Part shown: positions 24,701-36,308 of the stretch, one piece after another
Numbering within the stretch: the first letter of the stretch is position 1
How the letters are laid out: every line of letters begins with the position of its first letter
Origin: Torpedo marmorata
Lineage: Eukaryota
Assembly: GCA_977017645.1 (NCBI GenBank)
Contig: OZ360240.1
Coordinates: 14,198,001 to 14,262,000, forward strand
Direction of reading: 5' to 3'
DNA length: 64,000 bases
The notes under the pieces: model-generated
Databases searched by the model: none
What the model was told of the DNA's origin: nothing
The model's input: the letters and a program-made list of their open reading frames with translations, nothing else
Translations under genes and position numbers: made by a program

Positions 24701-25859
24701 TTCAACTCCTGGGTGAAATGGTCAAAATTTGAACTAAGTAATTCTGGAAAGCAGTCAGACCAATGCACACTGCAGCTATGAAATTGATATACATTTAATG
24801 AAAATAAAAAAAATAAAACTTTTAACAAAAAAAGCAGCATCTATTTCAACAGACAAGAAATACCTCCTGAATGGTATCTGTAAAACTAATTACCTTGTTT
24901 TTCACCAAATACAGTACTAAAATATCATCCTTTCAAATGGGTATTCAATATTAGCAAGAAAATAAATGTAGAAAGTCCATTCATTGTATCCTTGCAAATA
25001 CCACCAGTGATCACAAATTATTACTGCACATGATCCTGATTTTAAATCCTCAATTAGCTAAGGCTCTATTAAGAGGTAGGATGATGTTGTATTAGTGCTT
25101 CAGTGTGCTCTAACCCAACGACATGGGTTCACATTCACGACTCCCACATTATCTCCCAATCTAGCCATGTGAGTAGCATCAGGGAGAGAAGTAAACTGCA
25201 CATCATGAGGAAATGCCATGACATTGATTAAAATCCTTGGATGAAATAACAGTATTTGTTTATTAGGGACCTAGAGAGTCATTTTTAAACATGTCGTTCA
25301 TTATCTCCAAATGGTTCGTTCTGAAGATACAGACACATAACACAAGGGCAATGTGGTCATAGAGGGACGGACAATTTCTGGTCAGCAAACAAAAAGCTTT
25401 ACGTAATAAGGTTTTGGACATCTAATAAAATAATCAGGAAGTTTCTTAGGCCAGAAAAATACAGCAAGTTATTCTGCACATCATAGTACATACAAATAAA
25501 ACCAAAGTACAGAGAAAATTTAAACCTGGAAACGAGGGTTAAAAAGTCAAAACTTGCTAATAATGCAAGGTAACAAATTGCTACAAAGACAAAGAAAGTC
25601 ATGAGAAGGACGTGTATTAGCAGAAAGGACTGATTGGCAGAAGGTAGAATTACTCTGGGCAAATAGGTAGGTCCAGGAGGGAAAATACCAGAGAAAATGC
25701 ACATTAGGTAATATTTTTAAGTGGTCAGAACACTCAGAAAACCTTGTGTGCAGAGACGCGGGCCTTTAAATTCATTGGAGATAAAAAGTTATACAAAAGG
25801 TATAAAGGGAATCTTAATTTTAGATTGTGAATGGAATCAAAGCAAAAAATTACGCTCAA

Positions 25860-26090
25860 CTCTGTAGCGGTTAGCACAACGTTATTACAGCGCCAACGAC
25901 GCGGGTTCGAATCCGGCACTCTCTGTAAAGAGTTTGTGCAATCTCCCCGTGACCGTGTGGGTTTCCTCTGGGTGCTCCGGTTTCCTCCAACCCTTCAAAA
26001 TCGTATGGGGGTTGTAGGTTAATTGGGGTATTTGGGTGGCACGGTCTCGTGGGCCGGAAGGGCCTGTTACTGTGCTGCATGTCTAAAAAA
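25860..26090 (+). mobile_element. V-SINE
   Basis: Same consensus as the 3.7 kb and 60.6 kb copies. Confidence 0.85.
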
Positions 26091-26959
26091 TAATAAGTTT
26101 GAATATGTACTGTAAAATGTATACAAGTCACTGATAAAATTGAACAACATATTTCAGTCAGTTCATGGGTACACTAGTTTTCTTTTTAAATCTTATTTAT
26201 TAGACAAGTTCTTCCAAAATTAATTGAGAACATAACTGTGAAGGAAGAATAATAATGGCATGCTGTCAGAGTTGATTTTATTCACACTGTCCAGATTTGA
26301 CAGACTAATACCTTCAATTATAAAGGGAATCCTAGAAAAATTATTCCTAATATGTCCTTGGAACCAGCACTCCTACACTGAGCATTTAATAGATTTAAAA
26401 TGTTATGACAGCTCTCTAAAATCATTGATAATATGTACACAGCTACCAGCTGAATTGTGTATGACTCACACTGCAGTTAGTGATTTTACAATACAAGGAG
26501 CAAGTGAATGGGGTGGGGTAAAAGTACCTGTCATATTAATCATTTCAGAAAGTTACATTAGAAAAGATTGACAATACATTGATTAATTTAAGTGCATAGT
26601 TTAAGAGAAAAGGACAAGATTGCAATCATGAGTACTGACTCTTAGTTCAAAGCTGGAACATGAAGCAGTTGTTTGAATGGCTACCCATGTGATCAGATTA
26701 CTCAAGAGTTATCGATATTATTCTGAATTAATTTCACTCAATTTAGTATCTACTGTACTTACATGAAACACTTAATTTATTTTTCTATTTCTACAAATTA
26801 AAAACAATAGATTTTCTCAAATGCCTTCACGAATTTGCTACACAAATTTAATTTTTAAGATATAATTGTTACAATTCTCCCTTGTTTTGAACAAAACTTT
26901 TTTTAATATATTTTTTAAACCTGGATTCAAGTGCCTCCATCGTGAACTCAAACAGTTTG

Positions 26960-27145
26960 TAATTTAATTTAGATATACAGCACGGTAACAGTCCCTTCCG
27001 GCCAATGAGCCCGCGCCCCCCCAGAGGAAACCCACAAAGACACAGGGAGAATGTACAAACTCCATACAGACAGCGCCGGATTCGAACCGCAGTTGCTGGC
27101 GCTGTAATAGCATTGCACTAACTGCTACAGTAACTGCATTGCCCT
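26960..27145 (-). mobile_element. V-SINE with internal deletion
   Basis: Head and tail present, central part missing. Confidence 0.75.
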
Positions 27146-27959
27146 CAAGTTCTATTCACTTTCTGGAAATCTTTAACTGGCACGCCAATTGAAAGCACAG
27201 CGATCACTGGATTAAAAGAGTAGGGTGATGCATTGTAATTTGGATCATTTGCATGTGCTCTTGATTGAAGTGCTGTCAAAATTAACTGATTATTTTCAGG
27301 TGTCCCTCAAAATGAGTAATTGCAAAACAATAAAGTCGTCTTTCTTAATTTAATGTACAAATGTACATCAGTGTCCATTCAAATACACAACCAGTGACAA
27401 AATTTAGATTTAAAATGCCAGTCTATCACGCCACTTAAACGTTTTGTTTTCCCATCATTGTGAACCGCACAGATGCTGAAGTGGCTGTGGATCTGACAGC
27501 TGTGGATACCAATTAGTTTTTCAGGTTACCCTCAACACCCAGTAAGCAAAAGGTGAATTGACTGCAACTGAAAATGTATTTTTAAGCATCAAACACCAGA
27601 TTTGTCAGTCTCTGTCAATCAGAATTTCTGTTATGTACGTTTGCTTTATTAAATTGAATTTTTAGGTTAATGCAGCCTTGTATTGAAAAATAGTATTAAA
27701 TTTAATACAAGAGTCAGTGGGTATCTTTTTGTATCATTGGTCTGGGGTTCTGTTTCAAAAAGAGAAGGAAGTCACCACACAAGATGAAGCACAAGGAATC
27801 CTGCATTTTTCTTAAGAAATGCTTGGATACCACAGATTCCTTAAATAGAAGTTATGGAATTGACCAAGACAGAGGTCAGACGATGCAGTTAAATGAAAGT
27901 ATGCAATTGAAGAAAGACAACTGAACAAAGTTCAGTAAAAAGTTAGTAAAAAGGTTGAA

Positions 27960-28430
27960 GAAGCCTTGGGGTCCAAATCCACAGATTGCCACGCAGGTTG
28001 ATAGGGTAGTTAAGAAGGCTTATGGTATGCTGACCTTCTTTAGTCGGAGGATTGTTCAAGAGTCGAGGGGTAATGTTGCAGCTCTATAAAACTCTGGTGA
28101 AACTACACTTAGAATATTGTGTTCAGTTCTGGTCACCTCATTACAGGAAGGATGTGGAAGCTTTGGAGAGGGTGCAGAGGAGATTGACCAGGATGTTTTT
28201 TTTTCATTCTATCTATCTATCTATTTATTTACACAGAGAGTTGTGGGTGCCTGGAATGTGTTGCCAGGGGTAGTGGTGGAGGCTGGTACAATAGGGACAT
28301 TTAAAAGATACTTAGGCACATGGATGAAAGAAAATATGAGGTAGGGAAGGTTTCGTTTTTTGAGTAGGTTCATATAGGTCGGCACAACATCATGGGCTGA
28401 AGGGCCTGTACTCTGCTGTAATGTTCTATG
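27960..28430 (+). mobile_element. CR1 LINE 3' fragment
   Basis: MLQLYKTLVKLHLEYCVQFWSPHYRKDVEALERVQRRLTRM; (tatc)n at an internal deletion. Confidence 0.9.
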
Positions 28431-28710
28431 TTAAGCAAAATAATGTGGAAAATATTTTAAAATTTGTAGATGATAAATTATAATCTATGCACACAACGAA
28501 AATATTCCTGAGTGGTTTACAATTAGCATTAATCAGTTTTTGGCTGGGATGGGTGGAAGATGGAAGAGACTACAAGTATAAAAATAGGACATGTTGAAGC
28601 AAGTTAATGATCTTGAGAGGAAGGAACCAATGCCTTGCGGATCTAAGAGCAGTGGAGAATCAGCAGTGTTCCTGTGTGCTTCAACACGATAAATTTTAAT
28701 AAGCACATTT

Positions 28711-28947
28711 GTAAAGGTAAAGGTTCCATTATTGTCACGTAATACTACATTTAGAATGTAACATACATGAAATTCTTTAATTTTTGTCTACCGTAAGGCA
28801 GACAAAAGTCGCTACTTTTGTCCAGCGCCCCTCACAGAAACCTACAGCACCTGGTGTTCCTAGGCGGTCTCCCCTCCAAGTACTGACCAGTCCTGTGCCT
28901 GCTTAGCTTCCGAGATCAGACAATCCCAGTCGCGTGCAGGCTATTGG
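28711..28947 (-). mobile_element. 5S rRNA-derived SINE (SINE3-type), copy A
   Basis: Head tctgatctcggaagctaagcagg...gtacttggagggagaccgcctaggaacaccaggtgctgtagg matches 5S rRNA; tail ends in (TTTACC)n. Confidence 0.9.
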
Positions 28948-29487
28948 ATCTGTACATAGCCGATGTCGCCCTGCCAGTGGTGCGATAACACATCATAGAG
29001 CCATAGGATTCTCAGCAATACGTCACAGCAGCAGTACATTCTGCCAGAGTGCTTAATATGGCTATGTCCTCATAGCATCAGATACACAAGATATATTTTA
29101 TTTACCAAGTGCAGACACACATTATGACAGATCACTTCTCTTCCAAATGCTTATTTGTTGGCGTTTCTAACCCGTTTGTCCACTGGCCAACTTATTTTAT
29201 TGAAAAAAAACATTTAGATACTTTTTATACCATAAATTACAGTGGAGAATAAATAACCATGTTAATCAGCAAACTGTAATCCAAGTTTTCTTCCAGACTT
29301 AACTGTTCCAAAGCCTCTCCTCTCAACTTCCTCCAGCAGCCCTCCCATCGTCGCAACTTCTTCCAAATATTTCCAACGCGCAACTTCTAAAAATTGCCGT
29401 TGTGCTTGCTGACCTTCATTGATTTCCTGTCAGACAACGCTTTTATTTTAAAATTCTCACCCTTGTTTACACGTTCTCTCCATGGTA

Positions 29488-29733
29488 CAGCACCAATAAC
29501 CTGAATACGACTGGGATTGTCTGATCTCAGTAGCTAAGCAGGCACAGGACTGGTCAGTACTTGGAGGGAAGACCGCCTCGGAACACCAGGTGCTGTAGGT
29601 TTCTGTGAGGGGCACTGGACAAAATAGCGACCCTCTGTCTGCCTTATGGTAGACAAAAAAATTAAAGAATTTCATGTATGTTACATTCTAAATGTAGAAT
29701 TACGTGACAATAATGGAACCTTTACCTTTTACC
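29488..29733 (+). mobile_element. 5S rRNA-derived SINE, copy B
   Basis: As copy A, opposite strand. Confidence 0.9.
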
Positions 29734-30876
29734 GCCCCATTTCTGAAAAGTCTTCCTCTTCTACACTCTTTGTAATTCTCCAATTCTGCCTCACATGCAC
29801 CCTGCTATGCTTTCGGTGTACCTTTATCTCTGGAATTCCCTTCCTCAACCTCTCTGGCTTTCAATCCTCTTTTATGCTTTAAAAATCGACAAGACTGTCC
29901 ATACTATTGGTAAAATCCCCTTTTAGCTCTTTACATGGCTGTGTCAAAGCAATATTGATCACATCTCTAAAGGCAAAGTGAAACATTCTGTGTGCCAAAA
30001 GATTTATAAAAATGCATGCTGTTGTTTAACGCATCTTCCTGAAAACCAAAATGGTTTAAATTTGTGAACTAAATTTTAAATAAAATTCACACTCTGCTTG
30101 AAGGATTCCACTGAAAGGTTAATTCTATAAAAGCAATTACTATTTACAGTGCAAGTCTTTATTTAAGCCAAGTTTAGAAAAAAGAAAAACATCTTGCTAC
30201 TCCAATCAGATCACCTTTGGTGATATGCCGTGAAATTGCACCTTTAGAAGCATAGAGAACATGGCAAGACAATAGAATGTTTAAATATTTGAGAAAGTAC
30301 GAAATCAAGGCATTCATTAACTTTTGATTTACTGATCTCCATGATTTGTTGTCTAAAGCAGGCAAAATGAATCAACGGCAATTGCAATTAACATGTTGGG
30401 ATTTTTTAAATACCCTTCATTTCCTTTGATATATTGTGATCCAAAACAAATTGTCATCAGCACTCAGCAAGGAATTACGCAAAACAAAAAGGGCTCCCAT
30501 GACTGCTGCTCTAACACAAGGCCAATCAAGAAACAAGCTCCCTCCTGTGATTCAGGAGATAAATTAATCAGCCTTTTATTTAGACAGTCCAGAGAGATGC
30601 CAGGTTCAATACCCAAGCATCATTAGCAAAACAACAGCAGGCTTCAAGTTGCCTATGCTAAGAAAGAGGAAATATATCAGCTAAGGTATCTGGCTGATTG
30701 TGATGCAGCGGTTTCTCCTAGAACATGTTATTGATTCAAGGAGGTCCAGACGCATGAAATGTTACATCCATCATATTATTGAATTTATTCAAGGTGCAAA
30801 TAACGGTTTAATCTCACATGTGGATTGAGCACTGCTTCCCTGAATTTAACATCCAAACCTCAAGTGAAGTTTAGAG

Positions 30877-31024
30877 CAATCTCAATCTTTTTGGGTTGAA
30901 AGTTTATGGGCCCCCTTCCCAGTAAAGCAGTCAAGTTTAGTTGGTTTCCTCCGTACTTCTCTCCTACCGACTACATAAAAAATATTTTATGATTTCAGTC
31001 CGTGGCCCCCATTGAGAATGGCTG
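30877..31024. mobile_element. hAT MITE, deleted copy of the 10.6 kb family
   Basis: Shared internal aagtttatgggcccccttcc...cctaccgactacataaaaa; ends ttgagaatggctg. Confidence 0.75.
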
Positions 31025-31486
31025 GGCTAGAGGATTTTCAGCTCATACAACATGTAAACAGGCCATTCAGCCCATCACATTCATAGGAATCACAGAGCAC
31101 CCATCTTTCAGCACTTGGCTGAGAGCCCTCTATGCCCAGGTGATTCAAGTGCTCTTCAAAACACTCAAATGCTGTCAGTAACTCTGCTTCCACCACTCTC
31201 TCAAGCAGAATGTTCCAGGTACACACTACTTCTCGGGTGAAAAAGGTCTCCCTCAGAATCTCTTGCTCTTTTGCCTAAATCTTTGTCCTCTAATTTTATC
31301 TACCATATTCTGGGGAATAGTTTCCTGCAACTGCAATAATTCAATGCTGAGTCCAATTTCCTAATCTTGAAAGGAAGTGTTTGCATTTTTTAGTATTTTT
31401 TGAGTGAATGAATGCCTATGACCTTAATCACCATATTTTAACATTAAGTACTCCCAACAGGGTAAAGCACAGACATTAACTTAATG

Positions 31487-31694
31487 CAGGTATACCCCGC
31501 TTTACGAAAGTAGAGCGTTCCTATGAAACCTTTCGTAAGCCGAAATGGCGTAAAGCTAAGACCCATTTACTACTATTGAAGGCTATTTTAGTAAAAGCGA
31601 AAACCCATTCAAATTTCTTTCGGATAGCGAACACAGGTTTCTTCGTAAAAGCAAATTTGCGTAAAGCGAGTATTCGTAACGCGTGGTATACCTG
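31487..31694. mobile_element. Tigger-family MITE (MER82-like)
   Basis: TIR caggtatacc(c)cgc / gcgtggtatacctg|ta. Confidence 0.75.
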
Positions 31695-32089
31695 TATTCA
31701 AAAAATATATCATCCACCACTACATCAATCTACTATTTCCATCTAACAACATGACCTTCCAACTCTGTGGCAGATTACAGTAGATTTGTACAGTGCACCC
31801 ACTGTCATCAGAACCTGGACTGAACATAATTTCACAGAAGCTTCCATTACTTGAATGGGGTGAAATCTTTATTCCAATACCATCCAAGTTCCAAGGGTGA
31901 AAAGATATCATGGGCTAACCTGCAAGGTACCCAGTCTACCAAAAGAGAAAATAAAAATTAATTCCCAATTCCACCCTCACTAATACTCTCATTAATTTCC
32001 AATTAAAGTTTCCAAGAGTTTTCTTAAACATTTTGGAAACATTTTAAAGAACTGGTTACAGGAAGATCCCCTTTGGTCCAAACGCATAC

Positions 32090-32227
32090 CTGCAAATCTT
32101 TGTCTCCATATTTCTGAGGATTTCTACTTCCCTGACTCTTTTTTCTCAGTTTCTTCAGCTCTGCCTGGCATTTTTCTAGAGACTCCAATTTGGCTTTATG
32201 TTCAGCCTGGTACTTCTTCAATGTGGC
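32090..32227 (-). CDS. BAIAP2: BAIAP2 exon (~exon 6), IMD with basic KKLRKK patch
   Basis: 138 bp, tag|...|gtatgc; [46 protein letters not shown]. Confidence 0.97.
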
Positions 32228-33740
32228 CTAAAGTGGAACAAATGTAAACAAAAACGTAAACAACACCAGCCATGTTGGCAACATCAGCTCAGCAACAGGA
32301 AGGAGGCCTGAAATTGATGGTCTTTAATAAGATGGTAAGAACATGGAATATGAAGCAAAATGGGTTCAGAAAAAAAACCAACAAGAAGTAATTATGGGTT
32401 TAATATCAAAATGGTTTCAAATTAATTCACATCCTAATGGTCCGGATATACTGGTCTGCAAGCTGCATATTAAAATGTTAAACAGTTCACACCTACGAGA
32501 AAAAAATAACTCTTTTGTCTTTCCAAAATACCTGTAATTGAAATACAATAGGGCTTTGACTGATCAAGAGTACTACAGATAACTTAACCATTCAATGGGA
32601 AAGATTTGTATACAACAGAAAAACTTGAAGGAAGAATGTTAAGGAGTTTCTGTGATGCATCTTGGATGCAAAATAAATATGACCTGTTGTCGACATTTGC
32701 TTTAAATGATAATACAATATCCATCATAACACTTGTTTGTTCGTATGCATCCACAGACTACTGTCGAATGTATGTTATAAGATTTCAAAAGCAGATTCAC
32801 TGAACGATGAGAAACTCAAATTTCTCTCACTAGGTCTTTTATCAAATGGAAATAAATCAGACCAACAAAAATCAAATGTAATAATTTAATAAATCAAGAA
32901 AGTGCAAAACACAAATAAAACTTAATAGATGTCAGAATTTAACTGGGATGTGATATGAGTGAGCAACTTTGTATGCGTGCCAAATTAACTCAAATATTTA
33001 TGAATATATGAATGCAAGAATAAACTGTTCGGCCACTTACATCTGCTAAGGTCATGGCTGATCTTTTACCTCTGCTCCCCTTTCCTGTACTAACCCCATA
33101 TCCCTCAATTACCATAAATCTATCTATCTTTCTTGAAAAAAAAATTGGTGAGTGAACTTCCATAGCCCTTGAATATTCCAAATATTCACTCCCCTCTAGG
33201 TGAAGAGATCTCTTCTGTCCTGAATGGTTGATCCCTTACAAGAATGTAAATCAAACATTAACTTGGTTGCTGAATAATACAAAAAAAAGACAATAAATAA
33301 TGTGCTTACATCAACAATCAGGTGCTGTGCAAAATGTATACCTTTCATTGCAGAATGACGTTGCTACAATTCAGAATGTGGCAGCTAACTTTACATCTAG
33401 AAGATCTACCCCAAAATATTCAGCAGAAAATATTCCAGGAATTTAGTGTGGCCAAAAGATACTTGCCAGATCTCAATTCTCTTAAACCACCATTTCCCTT
33501 ATAAATTATATGGATGGCAATAATTTCAAAGCTGCAATTCAATCCTCATGGTAATTAAACTTGGAGCCTACACCCCTGCAAGGTTACAATCCTGTAATCA
33601 GTTCATACTCTCATTTTATAATGTATTTGAAAACATGCCATTTTTGCTACAATATTTCAAAATTGAAAAGTGTTTGGGTAGATTAATACATCGTTATTAA
33701 TAAAGTGGTATGACAGCAGACAACTGAGCCTGAAACTTAC

Positions 33741-33812
33741 ACTTAAGTACTTGGCGTCCAACTCAACCTTCTGCTCCAGTTGCATCAGCAACTCATTGTG
33801 AAACACTTTCAA
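33741..33812 (-). CDS. BAIAP2: BAIAP2 exon (~exon 5), IMD
   Basis: 72 bp, cag|...|gtaagt; LKVFHNELLMQLEQKVELDAKYLS. Confidence 0.97.
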
Positions 33813-34951
33813 CTGTAACAGCAAGAAAATGTCAGTTGTAGAACATAAAACATTCAATTTCAATAATGTCAAGGAAACAAGAATCCCCCTGCACACCCAC
33901 ACACGCACCCACACTGCAGAAACAGCCTTTGTACCTTGGATCCTCAGATTAGTCATGTGCAAGTGACGGTTCCCTCCTCCAAATTCAACTCCTTAAAAGC
34001 TATAATTTTACCACACACACAAGCTGTCATTCAATACTAATTAACATGGATTTTTACTCTGCTAGCAGAGACGCATACTACAATCCTATTTCACACCTTT
34101 TCTTCAAATCAAGATTGCATCTTAAGGATGCAATAGCTCAAAGGACAATAACAATTTTGATTTGTACTTAAAGCTATATTGCACACATGATTTTAAATTT
34201 CTGATTTGAATATCAAAAAGTTTAGCATAATATTTGAATGAGTATTTATTCTAGAAAAAGTACATTAAATTTAATTTTTTTTCAGCCAATAAACATTTCA
34301 CAATAATTGTAACAGATAAGTTACACCAATCACATGTAAATCATTTACAGTAGCATGGCTATTAAGTCACTGGACCAATGTCCAGGGGCCTGGACGAATC
34401 TGATAAGGGTTTGATTCCCACCATGGCAACACTACAGTTTAATTCAAGAGATTGAAGATACCTCCGTAATATAACCATGAAGCTACCAGATTGTTGTAGA
34501 ACAACAGGGAAGGGGTGGGGATCTCCAGTCCTTACCCAGTCTGGCTTGTATTTGACTCTAGATCCATTTTGGTGGCTACAGAGTGATTCCAGATCGTAAA
34601 ACGGCTGATTCTTAAATACCAGGATACAAGTATGAATGGGGAATAAATGCCAACTATGCCAGTGGCATCCATCTCCAGGGAACAAATAGGGCAGCACAGT
34701 AACTCAGCTTTTAGAGCCTCTACTTCAGACCTCCAATGGCCCAGGTTCAATCCTGATCTCCAATGCCATCTGTGGAGTTTGCAAGCTTATCTTGTGACCT
34801 TATGGTTTCCCTGGGTGACCAAGCTCCCTCACAGTTTGGTAGGTTAATTGAACACAATGAATTGCCCATAATACGCAGGCAAGTAGTAGAATCTTGGGAT
34901 AGATCATGGAAACCTGGGAAGAATAAAATGGGATTTGTGCAAGTGGGTGCT

Positions 34952-35746
34952 TCAGATCAGATACTATTTATTGTCATGTCATAAAACAGAAATGTAAGAT
35001 TACACAAAATTGCCTTTAGTCTGCCGTAAGGCAGACAAAGATTTTCCATTAGCATTGCCCGGCACCCCTTACAGTCAGAAAAAGAGAAACAAAAGCGAGT
35101 CGCCTCAGAGTCACCAGGTGTCCATGGATTCACCTCCAGTCCTCCCGCAGCCTCTGCAGCCGCACAAGACTCCAGTTCAGTTCACACCATCAGCAACCCG
35201 AGCCCAGATCCAAACCTCAGACACAATGAGGAAGCCTTCAGCGCCCAGGGCCATTCAAGAGCCCTTCTTGCCCTCAGCATCCTCTTGAATTCCAGTTTTG
35301 ATAAATGGTTCTCATGACCCAGTCTCCAGTAGCCCGCAGCCTGGTGAGAGTCCATTGACCTCAAGGCGCCAACAGCCCATGTGGGTTTATTGCCCACTAG
35401 TCACCAACAGCTCGCTGCCCATGTGTCCTTCAGCTGCAGAGCCCCTCGCTGGTCCGCCACCGTGGTCACCTTTGGGTCATCACCCTGCCTCTCTTTCTCC
35501 TGTTACTGGTGCCCTGCGCTAGTCCGCTGCTCCCCCAGAGTCTGGAACCCTTCGTGGCCGCTGCTGAACACAGGCGCCGCCATCTTGGGCCCAGACCCCA
35601 CGGTCGCAGGATTTTAAATAAAATACTGCCGGCAGTAGGACTGGGTGGTAGGACCCCTGCGGGGGAGCACTGTGTCTCCGCTCCCCGCCCTCCCAGGGTC
35701 CGCACCAGCGCCGCCGTTACAGCAGCTCCGCAGTGCCACCATTTTG
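34952..35746 (-). mobile_element. Non-autonomous retroelement: GC-rich LINE-5'-like leader plus shared stem-loop tail
   Basis: aagatggcggcgcc motif (35573-35587); tail hairpin gtctgcc-gtaa-ggcagac (35019-35036); ends catgacaataaa. Confidence 0.65.
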
Positions 35747-35927
35747 CTTGATGATTGTTGTGGACTTGGTTGACAGAAGGGACTGTTTCCATGTTGTACG
35801 ACTTGATGACAATGAAATAAATAAGAAAAACCACAGAAACCTTTACACATCTGGTATACATGCTAGTGATTTCAACTATGTCCTATATTAAACAAACACA
35901 CAGTACCTCTAAAAGAGAAATACTCAC

Positions 35928-35989
35928 CATTTCTTCAAGCTGTATCTGAATTTGCCTGTGGACCTCTGCCATCTGGAACAAAACATCTC
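35928..35989 (-). CDS. BAIAP2: BAIAP2 exon (~exon 4), IMD
   Basis: 62 bp, cag|...|gtgagt; (G)DVLFQMAEVHRQIQIQLEEM. Confidence 0.96.
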
Positions 35990-36055
35990 CTGAAAAATAA
36001 ATTGAAGCCAAAATAACTTTTCTCTCCTATTTTGGAATTGACAAATTGGGTATTT

Positions 36056-36308
36056 GGTAAAGGTAAAGGTAAAGGTAAAGGTTCCATTATTGTCACGTAA
36101 TACTACATTTAGAATGTAACATACATGAAATTCTTTAATTTTTGTCTACCGTAAGGCAGACAGAGAGTCGCTATTTTGTCCAGCGCCTCACAGAAACCTA
36201 CAGCATCTGGTGTTCCTTGGCGGTCTCCCCTCCAAGTACTGACCAGTCCTGTGCCTGCTTAGCTTCCGAGATCAGACAATCCCAGTCGTATTCAGGCTAT
36301 TGGTGCTG
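36056..36308 (-). mobile_element. 5S rRNA-derived SINE, copy C
   Basis: 5S head plus tail ending in four TTTACC units. Confidence 0.92.

Noticed and set aside
28850-28947. Functional 5S rRNA genes (also at 29.5, 36.2 and 56.7 kb)
   Set aside because: The 5' part is diverged, copies are dispersed and each is fused to the same retroposon tail.
35010-35861. Overlapping GC-rich ORFs or an internal BAIAP2 CpG promoter
   Set aside because: Explained by a GC-rich retroelement with a related partial copy at 39.3 kb; no protein similarity recognised.
205-35989. Assignment to paralogue BAIAP2L1 or BAIAP2L2
   Set aside because: ISDPIPGAKPLPVPPELAPF and TLPRSSSMAAGLE are characteristic of BAIAP2.
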